Part shown: piece by piece, positions 56,400 to 64,000 of the stretch
Layout: each line of letters begins with the position of its first letter
Position numbering within the stretch: the first letter of the stretch is position 1
Assembly: GCA_964291285.2 (NCBI GenBank)
Contig: OZ219787.1
Location: 1,664,001 to 1,728,000, forward strand
Length of the DNA stretch: 64,000 nucleotides
Direction: 5' to 3'
Origin: Alphaproteobacteria bacterium
Lineage (GTDB): Bacteria; Pseudomonadota; Alphaproteobacteria; Bin95
Made by a program: the position numbers and the translations under genes
The notes under the pieces: model-generated
Database searches by the model: none
Seen by the model: only the letters and a program-made list of their open reading frames with translations
What the model was told of the DNA's origin: nothing

Positions 56400-57178
56400 G
56401 TCGTGAGGCTCCTCTGCGCCTGTAACCGGGCGGCGAAATCGAATATCGCGTCGGCCACCCGCTCCGGCGCCTCGATGGGGGCGCCGTGGGCGAGGCCGTC
56501 CAGCACCAGGGCCCGGGCATCGGGAATGGCCTGCGCAAGCGCGCGGCTCATGGCGGGGGTGGAATTGATGTCATGCTCGGCTGTCATGGCGAGGGTGGGG
56601 CAGGCGATGCGGGCGGCCTCGCGGGCGAGTTCGGCGTCGGCCGTCGCGAATACCCGGTAGGCGGCGAGATACGCCGCCGGATCGTTGGCCAGCAGGCGGC
56701 GGCGGACCGGTTCGACAAGCGCGGGCGAGGCCTTCCGGAACTCTTCCGTGAACCAGCGTTTGATGGCTGAGTCGGCCATGCCCGCGGGGCCGTTGCGCTC
56801 CACCGCAGCGAGGCGCTGCAATATCGCAGCGCGCTGGCCTTCGTCGCGGTCGAACACCGCATTCATCAGCACGAGTCCCCGCAGCGCGGCCGGCCTGTCC
56901 AGCGCAAAGCGCTGGGCGACCATCGCGCCCATCGAAAAGCCGACGATGACCGGCAGACCGTCGAGTCCGTCCACGATGTCCGCCAGAGCGTCGGCAAAGG
57001 TTGCCAGCGTCACTTCGCCATCCGGCGTCCCCGCCTCGCCGTGGCAGGGCATGTCGAAGGCGATGCAGCAGAGCCTGCCGGCGAGGCAGCGCGAAACCCC
57101 GTCCCACATCCGCCGGTCCAGTCCGACCCCGTGAACAAGGACGGCGGTCGGCATCCTGCCGCTCGCAGACTCGCTCAT
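56390..57178 (-). CDS. Alpha/beta hydrolase (3-oxoadipate enol-lactonase-like)
   Basis: LVHGVG, DMPCHG, GFSMG nucleophile elbow, C-terminal His. Confidence 0.85.
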   Translation of the reverse strand: MSESASGRMPTAVLVHGVGLDRRMWDGVSRCLAGRLCCIAFDMPCHGEAGTPDGEVTLATFADALADIVDGLDGLPVIVGFSMGAMVAQRFALDRPAALRGLVLMNAVFDRDEGQRAAILQRLAAVERNGPAGMADSAIKRWFTEEFRKASPALVEPVRRRLLANDPAAYLAAYRVFATADAELAREAARIACPTLAMTAEHDINSTPAMSRALAQAIPDARALVLDGLAHGAPIEAPERVADAIFDFAARLQAQRSLTTWK

Positions 57179-58212
57179 GCGAAGGCGGGCACCACTTCGT
57201 CGATAAAGAGGCGGAGCGACTCCTGCTTCTCGCTGAACGGCATGCCGTTGTCGATCCACAGGCTGTACTGGTCGAACCCCATCGCCTCGTAGCTCCTGAG
57301 CCGGGCAATCACCTCCTCCGGCGTGCCGACGACATTGTTGGCGCGCATCTTGTCCGGCGAGAACATGTCGAGCTTCGCCATCTCCTCTTCCGTCAGCGGC
57401 TGGATCATGCCCTGGTCGATGGGCCGCTCGTTGCGGAACCAGGCGCCGAAATGGCAGTAGAACCGGCTGAGCGCCCGCGCTCCTGCCTCTACCGCTTCCT
57501 CGTCGGCCGCGACATGGGTGTGGCGCAGCAGCATGATCCGCGGCCGCGGCACTTCCGGGTGGGCGGCGCAGGCATCCTCGAAGCGCTGCATCAGCCGCTC
57601 CACCTCGTCGTCGCCCTGCCAGAGCGGCGTCACCTGCACATTGCACCGCTCGGCGACGGCGAATTTGTGGCTGTCGGGGTCCCGGGCGGCAATCCAGAGG
57701 GGCGGATGCGGGCTCTGGACGGGTTTCGGGGAAGAGGTGGTCTTCGGGAACTGCCAGCGTTCGCCGTCATGCGCATAGTCGCCCTGCCAGAGCTTCTTCA
57801 CCGCCGGCACCGTCTCGCGCAGCGCCGCGCCCGCCGAGGCGGCGTCCAGGCCGGGCGACAGCCGCTCATATTCGAAGCTGTAGGCGCCGCGCGCGATCCC
57901 GAGTTCCAGCCGCCCGCCCGTCACGATATCGGCCAGCGCCGCCTCGCCCGCGAGCTTTATCGGGTGCCAGAAGGGCGCCACGATGGCGCCGGTGCCGAGG
58001 CGGACATGCTTCGTCCTGTTGGCGATATCGGCGAGCGTGATGAACGGGTTCGGCGTGATGGTGAAGTCCATGCCGTGGTGCTCGCCCGTCCAGATAGCCT
58101 CGAAGCCGCCCTCGTCGGCCATCCGGCAGAGCTCCAGGGACTCCCGGTAGAGCTCGGCATGGTCGCGGTCCGGGGTCAGCCGTTCCATGTGGACGAACAG
58201 GGAAAACTGCAT
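57175..58212 (-). CDS. LLM-class flavin-dependent monooxygenase
   Basis: W.GEHH, PNP, RLGTG, GRLELGIARG, PKPVQ.PHPPLW. Confidence 0.92.
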   Translation of the reverse strand: MQFSLFVHMERLTPDRDHAELYRESLELCRMADEGGFEAIWTGEHHGMDFTITPNPFITLADIANRTKHVRLGTGAIVAPFWHPIKLAGEAALADIVTGGRLELGIARGAYSFEYERLSPGLDAASAGAALRETVPAVKKLWQGDYAHDGERWQFPKTTSSPKPVQSPHPPLWIAARDPDSHKFAVAERCNVQVTPLWQGDDEVERLMQRFEDACAAHPEVPRPRIMLLRHTHVAADEEAVEAGARALSRFYCHFGAWFRNERPIDQGMIQPLTEEEMAKLDMFSPDKMRANNVVGTPEEVIARLRSYEAMGFDQYSLWIDNGMPFSEKQESLRLFIDEVVPAFA

Positions 58213-58309
58213 TGTCCGACTCCCAGAACGCAACCGGCAGAGGGGCAGATGCCTTAATAGCACGAGAGGACGGTTTATCGCCGCGCCAAATCCCGGCTCC
58301 CCTGCGGTT

Positions 58310-58454
58310 GGCAGCCTGTTCGTTCCCTCCGGACGGGGACGCCATCGCGGCCTGCGAGGACGCCGGCATCGACCGCGTGCTGCTGGAGCTCCCGGACGGC
58401 ACCCGCGACGAGACGCTCAAACTGCTGGACGACTACGCCCCGCTGCTCGCCTGA
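58310..58454 (+). pseudogene. 3' remnant resembling an LLM-class oxidoreductase
   Basis: AIAACEDAGIDRVLLELPDGTRDETLKLLDDYAPLLA* with host codon usage but no 5' part. Confidence 0.5.
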
Positions 58455-58459
58455 CCGCA

Positions 58460-58876
58460 CTATGGACGCAACAACCGTCGTTTGGTTGGTGGGTGCCCGT
58501 CACGGCAAACGATGAGGTCACCGCGAGGGCGCTCGCCGCTTGGTGGAACAGCACACCGGCCCGCGTGATGCTGCTCAATCGTCGAGGCCGGAAATTGACC
58601 TATCCTGTTTGGCAACTGGCGCACCTGCGCGAAATCCGCATTCCGAAGCCGGACAATCCGGCATGGGGTGCGTTGAAAGATGCCTTCGACGCCACCTGCG
58701 ACGATGAGTTGCTGCCCATGAAGCAGGCGGAGGAATGCGCAGTGCGGACCGTAATCGACGAGGCGGCGGCACTGGCGCTCGGCCTGTCCCCGGACGCGCT
58801 GGCGGACTGGCGCCGCCGGCTCGCGGTGGAGCCGACGGTAAGCAACAGGCCCGCGCCCGGCCCGGACGCGGCCTGA
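58460..58876 (+). pseudogene. 3' remnant resembling the C-terminus of a fused (type IIG-like) restriction-modification enzyme
   Basis: ALAAWWNST...LLNRR...L.EIRIP...VR.VIDEA...LG...RRRLA.EP; no start or methyltransferase motifs. Confidence 0.5.
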
Positions 58877-58989
58877 GCGCGGCTTCCTCCGCACGGTTGC
58901 GCCGGGCCCCGACCGGGCCGTCAGGGCCCACCGAAGACGGATGATAGAATTTTGTTCGATTATTTTTTGAAATAATTCTCGAAAAATGC

Positions 58990-59273
58990 TTGCATCTCGG
59001 AACATCAGTGCTAATATGGGGCAACGGAAGCGGCATCTGCAGGGCCGCTTCGCGCCGGCGCGAAAAAAATCCAACGGAACGGACGGGAGACGTGCGCCCT
59101 GATTTCGGGGTCGCGCGCGCGGGCAATCAGGCGCGCGAACCGCGCCGGCGCCGACGCCCGCCCGCACGCGCCCGTGATACGCGCGAAAAAGGGTCCCGCT
59201 TGCCGGGCAGGCCGGCGGCGGGGCGAACGGAACGGAGCGAAGGGAACGCGATGGAGGAACGGCATGCGGGATA
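58990..59273 (+). repeat. Dispersed element copy B, 5' half
   Basis: TTGCAT-16-TAATAT; AAGCGG/CCGCTT hairpin; 33-nt core 59123-59155; GATACGCGCGAAAAAGGG; GGAGGAACG. Confidence 0.85.
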
Positions 59274-59333
59274 TGTTAGCGACGGTTACAGAGCGCGCCT
59301 ATTCGCTGACATTTTTCGGCCGGTTGCGGTTTT

Positions 59334-60206
59334 TCAGTTGATCTGTTGGTCATCGGTTTCGATTGGTTCGCCGGCTCGGTCGCGGATGAGCATGTCGTTC
59401 CAGTCCCGGTTGTCGAGTGCGGGTCGCAGCCGGACGATTCTGGTGTCGTTGCGGGCGAGGCGCCTTGCGGCGTGATCGCCGTTTGTGGTGGCGTCGTATG
59501 CACAGAAGATGAGGCGCGGGTTCCATGCCTCGATCCATTTGGGGACTTTGGTGGCGACGGCGCCGGTGGAGACGGTGGCGCATTCGGTGCGTTTTACCGG
59601 GCCGAGGTGGAGGGAGAGGATGGAGAGTGCGTCGAGGGCGTTGCCGGCCAGGATGACGGCGTGTGGCCATTCGGTCTCCCAGGACATCCAGAAGCCGCCG
59701 CCCGCGGTCGTTTTGCGGTCAGCGGTGACGGTTTCGATGCCGGTAGCCTCGCCGGCGGCGTTTCGGCGGACGAACACGGGGTTGCCGTGAGGGTCGGCAT
59801 GGACCAGGCCGAGGTCGCGGCACAGGGTGACGAGCGCGTCCGCGAGGCCGCGCCGCTCGACGAGGTATCGCCGGAGGTTGGGCCAGCGGGGGTCCTTGGC
59901 CGGCGCCTGCCGGCGGCCGCCTGGGGGCATTGAGAGGTCGGACAGTTCGGCGAGGAAGTCGATGGCGTCCGGCGGGGTGCATCCGAGCGCATGGACCGCC
60001 AGTTCGATAGCCCCGGCTCCCTCCTCTGCGCGCAGATGGTCGTAGAACATGAAGCGGTTGATGGAGAGGACCGATCCTGGCCGTCTCCAGCGCACGGCAT
60101 TGTCGGGATCGCTGCGGTAGCCGAGGGCTCGGGCGACGGGTTCGAGGGGATAGCCCCGCAGGCTCTCGGCCCGCACCCGCCGCTCGCGGGGGCGGGAGGG
60201 ATGCAT
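59334..60206 (-). CDS. DUF3991/Toprim primase-like protein
   Basis: GAIELA.H..G....AI.FL; YLVERRGL; ALDALS; CAYDA...GD.AA; DWND; starts 2 nt after istB stop. Confidence 0.75.
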   Translation of the reverse strand: MHPSRPRERRVRAESLRGYPLEPVARALGYRSDPDNAVRWRRPGSVLSINRFMFYDHLRAEEGAGAIELAVHALGCTPPDAIDFLAELSDLSMPPGGRRQAPAKDPRWPNLRRYLVERRGLADALVTLCRDLGLVHADPHGNPVFVRRNAAGEATGIETVTADRKTTAGGGFWMSWETEWPHAVILAGNALDALSILSLHLGPVKRTECATVSTGAVATKVPKWIEAWNPRLIFCAYDATTNGDHAARRLARNDTRIVRLRPALDNRDWNDMLIRDRAGEPIETDDQQIN

Positions 60207-60208
60207 GG

Positions 60209-61003
60209 CTATGGCGACGGGACCGGGTTCGCCTTTCCAGTGCTTTGCCCGGCTTTCGGTCCGCGCCGGCGGCGGCGTTCGGCGCTGCGCTGCTTCTGAC
60301 GTTCCTCGGCTTCCTTGCGGCGCCAGGAGTCGCCGTCGATGGCGACGATCTCGGCGTTGTGGACGAGCCGGTCGACGAGGGCGACCAGGCAGGCGGCGTT
60401 TGGGAAGGCCTCGCTCCACTCGGCGAAGGGGCGGTTCGTGGTGATTATGGTTGAGTTCTGCTGGCTGCGGCTTGAGACGATGTTGAACAGCAGGTCGGCG
60501 TGGCGGTTGGAGTAGGAGAGATATCCGACTTCGTCGATGACCAGCAGGTGCTGTCGGGCGTAGAAGCGCAGCCTGCGCTGGAGCAGGGTGTCGGAGTCGA
60601 TGGCGGCGAGTTCGCCGAGCAGGCTGGCGGCGGTTGCGAAGCGCACGATGTGGCCTTCGAGGACGGCGCGGTGGGCGATATTGGCGGCGATGGTGGACTT
60701 TCCGACGCCGTTGGGTCCGACCAGTACGAGGTTTGCGGCCTCCTTGAGGAAGTCGAGGGTCATGAGGTCCTCGACGGCCATGCGGTCGCAGCGCCTTGGC
60801 CAGTCCCAGTCGAAGTCTGCGAGCGGCTTGAACTGTCCGAGGCGGGCGTCGGCGAGGCGGCGTTTGAGGCTTCGGGCGCGCTTCTCATCTTCTTCCCACG
60901 CGATCAGGGAGGCGAGCCAGTCGCGCTCCGCGACTTCGCCCCAATGGGCGAGGAGGCCGTGCAGGCCCAGCGCGCGGGCGCGGTTCATGAGGGTGTCGGT
61001 CAT
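60209..61003 (-). CDS. istB: IS21 helper ATPase IstB
   Basis: FDWDWP, GPNGVGKS, LVIDEVGY, TTN, VDRLVH. Confidence 0.95.
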   Translation of the reverse strand: MTDTLMNRARALGLHGLLAHWGEVAERDWLASLIAWEEDEKRARSLKRRLADARLGQFKPLADFDWDWPRRCDRMAVEDLMTLDFLKEAANLVLVGPNGVGKSTIAANIAHRAVLEGHIVRFATAASLLGELAAIDSDTLLQRRLRFYARQHLLVIDEVGYLSYSNRHADLLFNIVSSRSQQNSTIITTNRPFAEWSEAFPNAACLVALVDRLVHNAEIVAIDGDSWRRKEAEERQKQRSAERRRRRGPKAGQSTGKANPVPSP

Positions 61004-62505
61004 TCTTCGCTGTCCTTTTCATGGTAGCCGGCCAGCCCGTCGTATCCGCCGAGATCGTGATCGCGCACGGCGATGTCGCGCACGCGCGGGTCCCTGGGCA
61101 GGTCGATGGGGATCGGCGGCGGCCTGTCCTGCAGTTCGCGCCGCCGTGTGAGGCTGAGGCGCACGGCATTGGGATGGGGGACGCCGCGTTCGAGGGCCTC
61201 GTCGATGGCGGCTTCGAGCTCGGCGGCGCCGTATTGGTCGAGCAGGCGCAGCAGGGCGGCGACGGTGGCGCCGATATAAGCGCCGCGGGGGGCGGCCTCG
61301 GCGATCAGGCGCTCGCTGTTGGGCGCGGCCTGGAGCAGCCGGCTCTGCCCGCGCAGGCTGCGGGCGTGACGCTTGCGCCTGACCAGCTCCTCAATGTGTT
61401 CGGGGTTCTCGATGCGGGCCGCCTTGTCGAAGCTGCGCGGATGGCGGGCGATGACCTCCATGCCGTCGAGGATGCGCACCTCTTCCAGCGTCGCGGCCAC
61501 GGTGAGGGTGCGCCGGACATGGGTATGCGGGACGCTGTAGTCATTGAGGTCGAACCTGGCATAGGGGGTCTTGGCGATCCTGACCTCGACCCTCTCGTCG
61601 ACGGGGGGACGGTCGTCGGGCAGCGCCATCAGGGAGCCGCGCTCGCGCTCGAAGGCCTCGCTCACGGTGAGGGAGCGGTCGTCCGGCCAGGGGCGGTCGG
61701 CGGCGACGCCCTCGCACCACTCCCGGGCCTGGGCGTTGAGATCGTCGAGGTCACGCCAGGCGCGGGCGGCGAAGAAGCTGTCGCGCACATAGCGTATGGC
61801 CCGCTCGACGCGGCCCTTCTCGTTGCCTCGGGCGACCGCGACCGGCTTCGGCAGGAAGCGGTAGGCGCCTGCGAAGTCGAGAAGCCGGGGATTGAAGCGG
61901 ATGGCGTCGCCGCGCCGCTCCAGCACGACGCTCTTCAGATTGTCGTACCAGAGCTCGCGGGGCACGCCCTGCCAAGCCTCGAAGGCCTCGACATGGCCGC
62001 GCAGGAAGTTGTCCATCCCGGCGTTGAGGTAGAAGCGCAGGAAGAGGCGGCGCGAGTGGCCGAGCACCATCACGAAGGCCATCAGCGGGCGCTCCGCACG
62101 CCCGATCCTCACCTTGCCGAAGTGGGCCCAGTCGACCTGGGCCTGCTCGCCGGGCAGGGCCTTGAGGCGCAGATAGGCCTCGGCCACCGGCCGCGGACGC
62201 TCGGGCGCGATCATGCGCCGGAAGTGGCTCTCGCACCCCCGGTAACCGCGCTCGACCGCCATCCGGTAGAGCCGGCTGGAGGGCAACTTCGGCCAGACCG
62301 CCAGGGTCTGGCGGACGAAGGGCAGGAACGGATCGATCATCGAAGATCTGCGCCGCTTCTCAGGCGTGGGCGCCCCGGCGGCCGCCACCGCGCGCTCGAC
62401 CGTGCCGTGGTGGACGCCGAGCTGGCGCGCGATCGTGCCGATCCGCCACTTCTCGGCAAAATACAGCCGCAGGATCTCGGCCCGGGTCTGCTGGTCGATC
62501 GCCAT
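61000..62505 (-). CDS. istA: IS21 transposase IstA
   Basis: N-terminal HTH; PGEQAQVDW, YDN.K, KGRVER. Confidence 0.95.
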   Translation of the reverse strand: MAIDQQTRAEILRLYFAEKWRIGTIARQLGVHHGTVERAVAAAGAPTPEKRRRSSMIDPFLPFVRQTLAVWPKLPSSRLYRMAVERGYRGCESHFRRMIAPERPRPVAEAYLRLKALPGEQAQVDWAHFGKVRIGRAERPLMAFVMVLGHSRRLFLRFYLNAGMDNFLRGHVEAFEAWQGVPRELWYDNLKSVVLERRGDAIRFNPRLLDFAGAYRFLPKPVAVARGNEKGRVERAIRYVRDSFFAARAWRDLDDLNAQAREWCEGVAADRPWPDDRSLTVSEAFERERGSLMALPDDRPPVDERVEVRIAKTPYARFDLNDYSVPHTHVRRTLTVAATLEEVRILDGMEVIARHPRSFDKAARIENPEHIEELVRRKRHARSLRGQSRLLQAAPNSERLIAEAAPRGAYIGATVAALLRLLDQYGAAELEAAIDEALERGVPHPNAVRLSLTRRRELQDRPPPIPIDLPRDPRVRDIAVRDHDLGGYDGLAGYHEKDSEE

Positions 62506-62506
62506 C

Positions 62507-62941
62507 TCACTCCCTTCGCGCCGGGCGCAGGCCCGGATAGACCGCCCGGGCGCAGAACCGCCCGCAGTGATCGCAGCGGAACACTCCGGCGGGACGGTCG
62601 GGTCCGAAGGGCCTCCTTCCCGAGCGCCCCGCCGGCATGCCCGCCACAACAGGACGGCGCGGTGAACGGGTCAAAGGGTGATGCGTCACTTTCTGCGCAC
62701 GGCGCCCCTCCTCAGGCGCACGGACGCGACGGCGCTCGCGGTAGCGCCGCTGGCGTTCGGCATGCTTGTGACGGCCCCGCCGGCTGTTCTGGTAGCGACG
62801 CCCGGCAAGGCGCAGCGAGCGCCGCCGCGCCCGGCCGCTGCACGGACGCGAGCAGTAGATGTTGCCGTGGTCGCACCGCCGGCACAGCACAACCTGGCGA
62901 TGGCACGAAGCGCAGGTGAACAGGCGGGCGGCGTTCCTCAT
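62507..62941 (-). CDS. Cys-rich, Arg-rich hypothetical protein upstream of istA
   Basis: CASC...CRRCD.G..YCSRPC, basic helix, CDHC; stop 1 nt before istA ATG. Confidence 0.6.
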   Translation of the reverse strand: MRNAARLFTCASCHRQVVLCRRCDHGNIYCSRPCSGRARRRSLRLAGRRYQNSRRGRHKHAERQRRYRERRRVRAPEEGRRAQKVTHHPLTRSPRRPVVAGMPAGRSGRRPFGPDRPAGVFRCDHCGRFCARAVYPGLRPARRE

Positions 62942-63347
62942 CGCAAAGACCGATGAGAACGGGGTGGACCCACGCCCGAACGCCTACGATACTGCGCATA
63001 CGGGCCGTGCCTTGCATGGCTCGGGGGGTGCGGCGCCGGTCGTTGCCACCTAGCAAACGGGGCCGGCGCCGCATCGTTCTCAGCAGCCCCAGTCTACCCC
63101 CTCGCGCAGCCCGGCGACCCCCGCCGACAGCGCCAGGACACCCTCCCCTCGGCAGGCGAAAATATCAACGCGACGGGGGCCGGCGACTCCAGTCGGGCTA
63201 CGCCCTCCTTCCGTCCCAGGCCCCCGTCACAAACACCGCCGCACCACAATCACTGCGATCATCACGCCCCGCAAAAACGCGCAACGCCAGCAAATAAGCG
63301 CCTTTTACGACCGTCACCTACAGGATACGGACGGACACGCGAAATCG

Positions 63348-63380
63348 CCTCCCCCGCTCGCGGGGGAGGCCGGGAGAGGG
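63348..63380. repeat. Short palindromic repeat (CCTCCCCC...GGGGGAGG plus purine tail)
   Basis: cctcccccgctcgcgggggagg-ccgggagaggg. Confidence 0.55.
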
Positions 63381-63417
63381 CCGGCGGACAGGATAGCCTC
63401 TCATCCCGCCCCTCAAC

Positions 63418-63572
63418 CGTCACCCCGGCCCCCGAGCCAGGGTCCAGCCTCGGTTCTCGCGGCGGCCCCGGATCGGAGTCCAGGGCAGGCCCCGGCGGTC
63501 GAACCCGCCCGCCACCGGCTGCGGCTGCACGGAGAGTCAGGGTTGGACCCCGGCTCGGGGGCCGGGATGACG
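63418..63572. repeat. Inverted pair of CGTC-type REP-like palindromes
   Basis: CGTCACCCCGGCCCCCGAGCCAGGGTCCA ... TGGACCCCGGCTCGGGGGCCGGGATGACG. Confidence 0.85.
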
Positions 63573-63672
63573 GTGGGGGAGCAGGCGTGGCCGGGGTGGC
63601 GGAGCGGGCGCAGGCAGGGGCCGGGGCGGCGAGAGAGCCTGCCCCGAGCGTGCCGAAGGGGGTGCGGCGGAC

Positions 63673-63730
63673 CATGACAGAACATGACATTTCCGGAGGG
63701 CCTCATGACAAAACATGACATTTCATGACA
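63673..63730 (+). repeat. Phased CATGACA heptamer array (copy B)
   Basis: CATGACA at 63673, 63683, 63704, 63714, 63724. Confidence 0.93.
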
Positions 63731-63765
63731 TATCGCGAGGGGGGTATCCGTCATGGACCGGACAG

Positions 63766-64000
63766 ATGGGTGACGACGCCGGCAAGCCGCCGCTCCGCCT
63801 CTCCAACCGGGCGGCGCGCAGGCTGTTCCTGGACCGGCACGGGCTCGGGCGCCCGCCGCCGGGGGAGGACCTCGGCGGGCTGATCGGGCGGCTCGGCTTC
63901 GTACAGGTGGACAGCATCGCCACGGTCGAGCGCGCCCACCACATGATCCTCGCCTCCCGGCGCCGGAGCTACCGCCCCCGCCAGCTTGCACGCCTGCTGG
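63766..64000 (+). CDS. YcaQ-like winged-helix DNA glycosylase (5' part, runs off window)
   Basis: LSNRAARRLFL...LGFVQVDSI..VERAHH..L.SR (QxD motif). Confidence 0.8.
   Translation, partial: MGDDAGKPPLRLSNRAARRLFLDRHGLGRPPPGEDLGGLIGRLGFVQVDSIATVERAHHMILASRRRSYRPRQLARLL

Larger units (their letters stand above)
59274..63322 (-). mobile_element. IS21-family element with passenger genes (4049 bp)
   Basis: TG...CA ends; 40-bp imperfect IR (27/40 by hand); TSD GGATA at 59269-59273 and 63323-63327. Confidence 0.92.

Noticed and set aside
58945-58985. Alphaproteobacterial LexA boxes (GTTC-N7-GTTC) upstream of the element copies and the HNH gene
   Set aside because: Only half-sites or wrong spacing were found.

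Overview
High-GC chromosomal segment of an alphaproteobacterium, inferred from gene order: trkA-dat-HAD-hfq-hflX, recG-sdhE-mfd, pheA-kdsB-cytochrome c, gatCAB, ygfZ/pyrC. Catabolic genes are interleaved (acyl-CoA dehydrogenases, CoA-transferases, luciferase-like monooxygenases, hydantoinase/oxoprolinases), plus one tRNA-Pro(CGG). The most informative structures are: (1) A penicillin-acylase gene broken by an IS1634 and by a triple-nested stack (IS110 > large unclassified DDE element > IS1595). All junctions are readable and reconstruct an in-frame 724-aa gene. The IS110 left end reads as an IS621-type bridge RNA whose target loop was hit by the nested element. (2) A dispersed element present twice (18.4-19.1 kb minus; 58.9-63.7 kb plus, split by an IS21). 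It comprises a promoter-like region, a conserved structured core with a 33-nt identical block, a GGAGG site, an inverted CGTC-type REP pair and a helically phased 2+3 array of CATGACA heptamers. This is the best candidate for an undescribed system. (3) A low-GC HNH nuclease gene bracketed by a duplicated 3' end of the 5-oxoprolinase gene, followed by a 50-bp tandem repeat and a Fic gene. (4) An IS21-family element carrying a Toprim primase-like passenger and a Cys-rich ORF. (5) A low-GC divergent patch inside gatB. All calls are by eye, without database searches.
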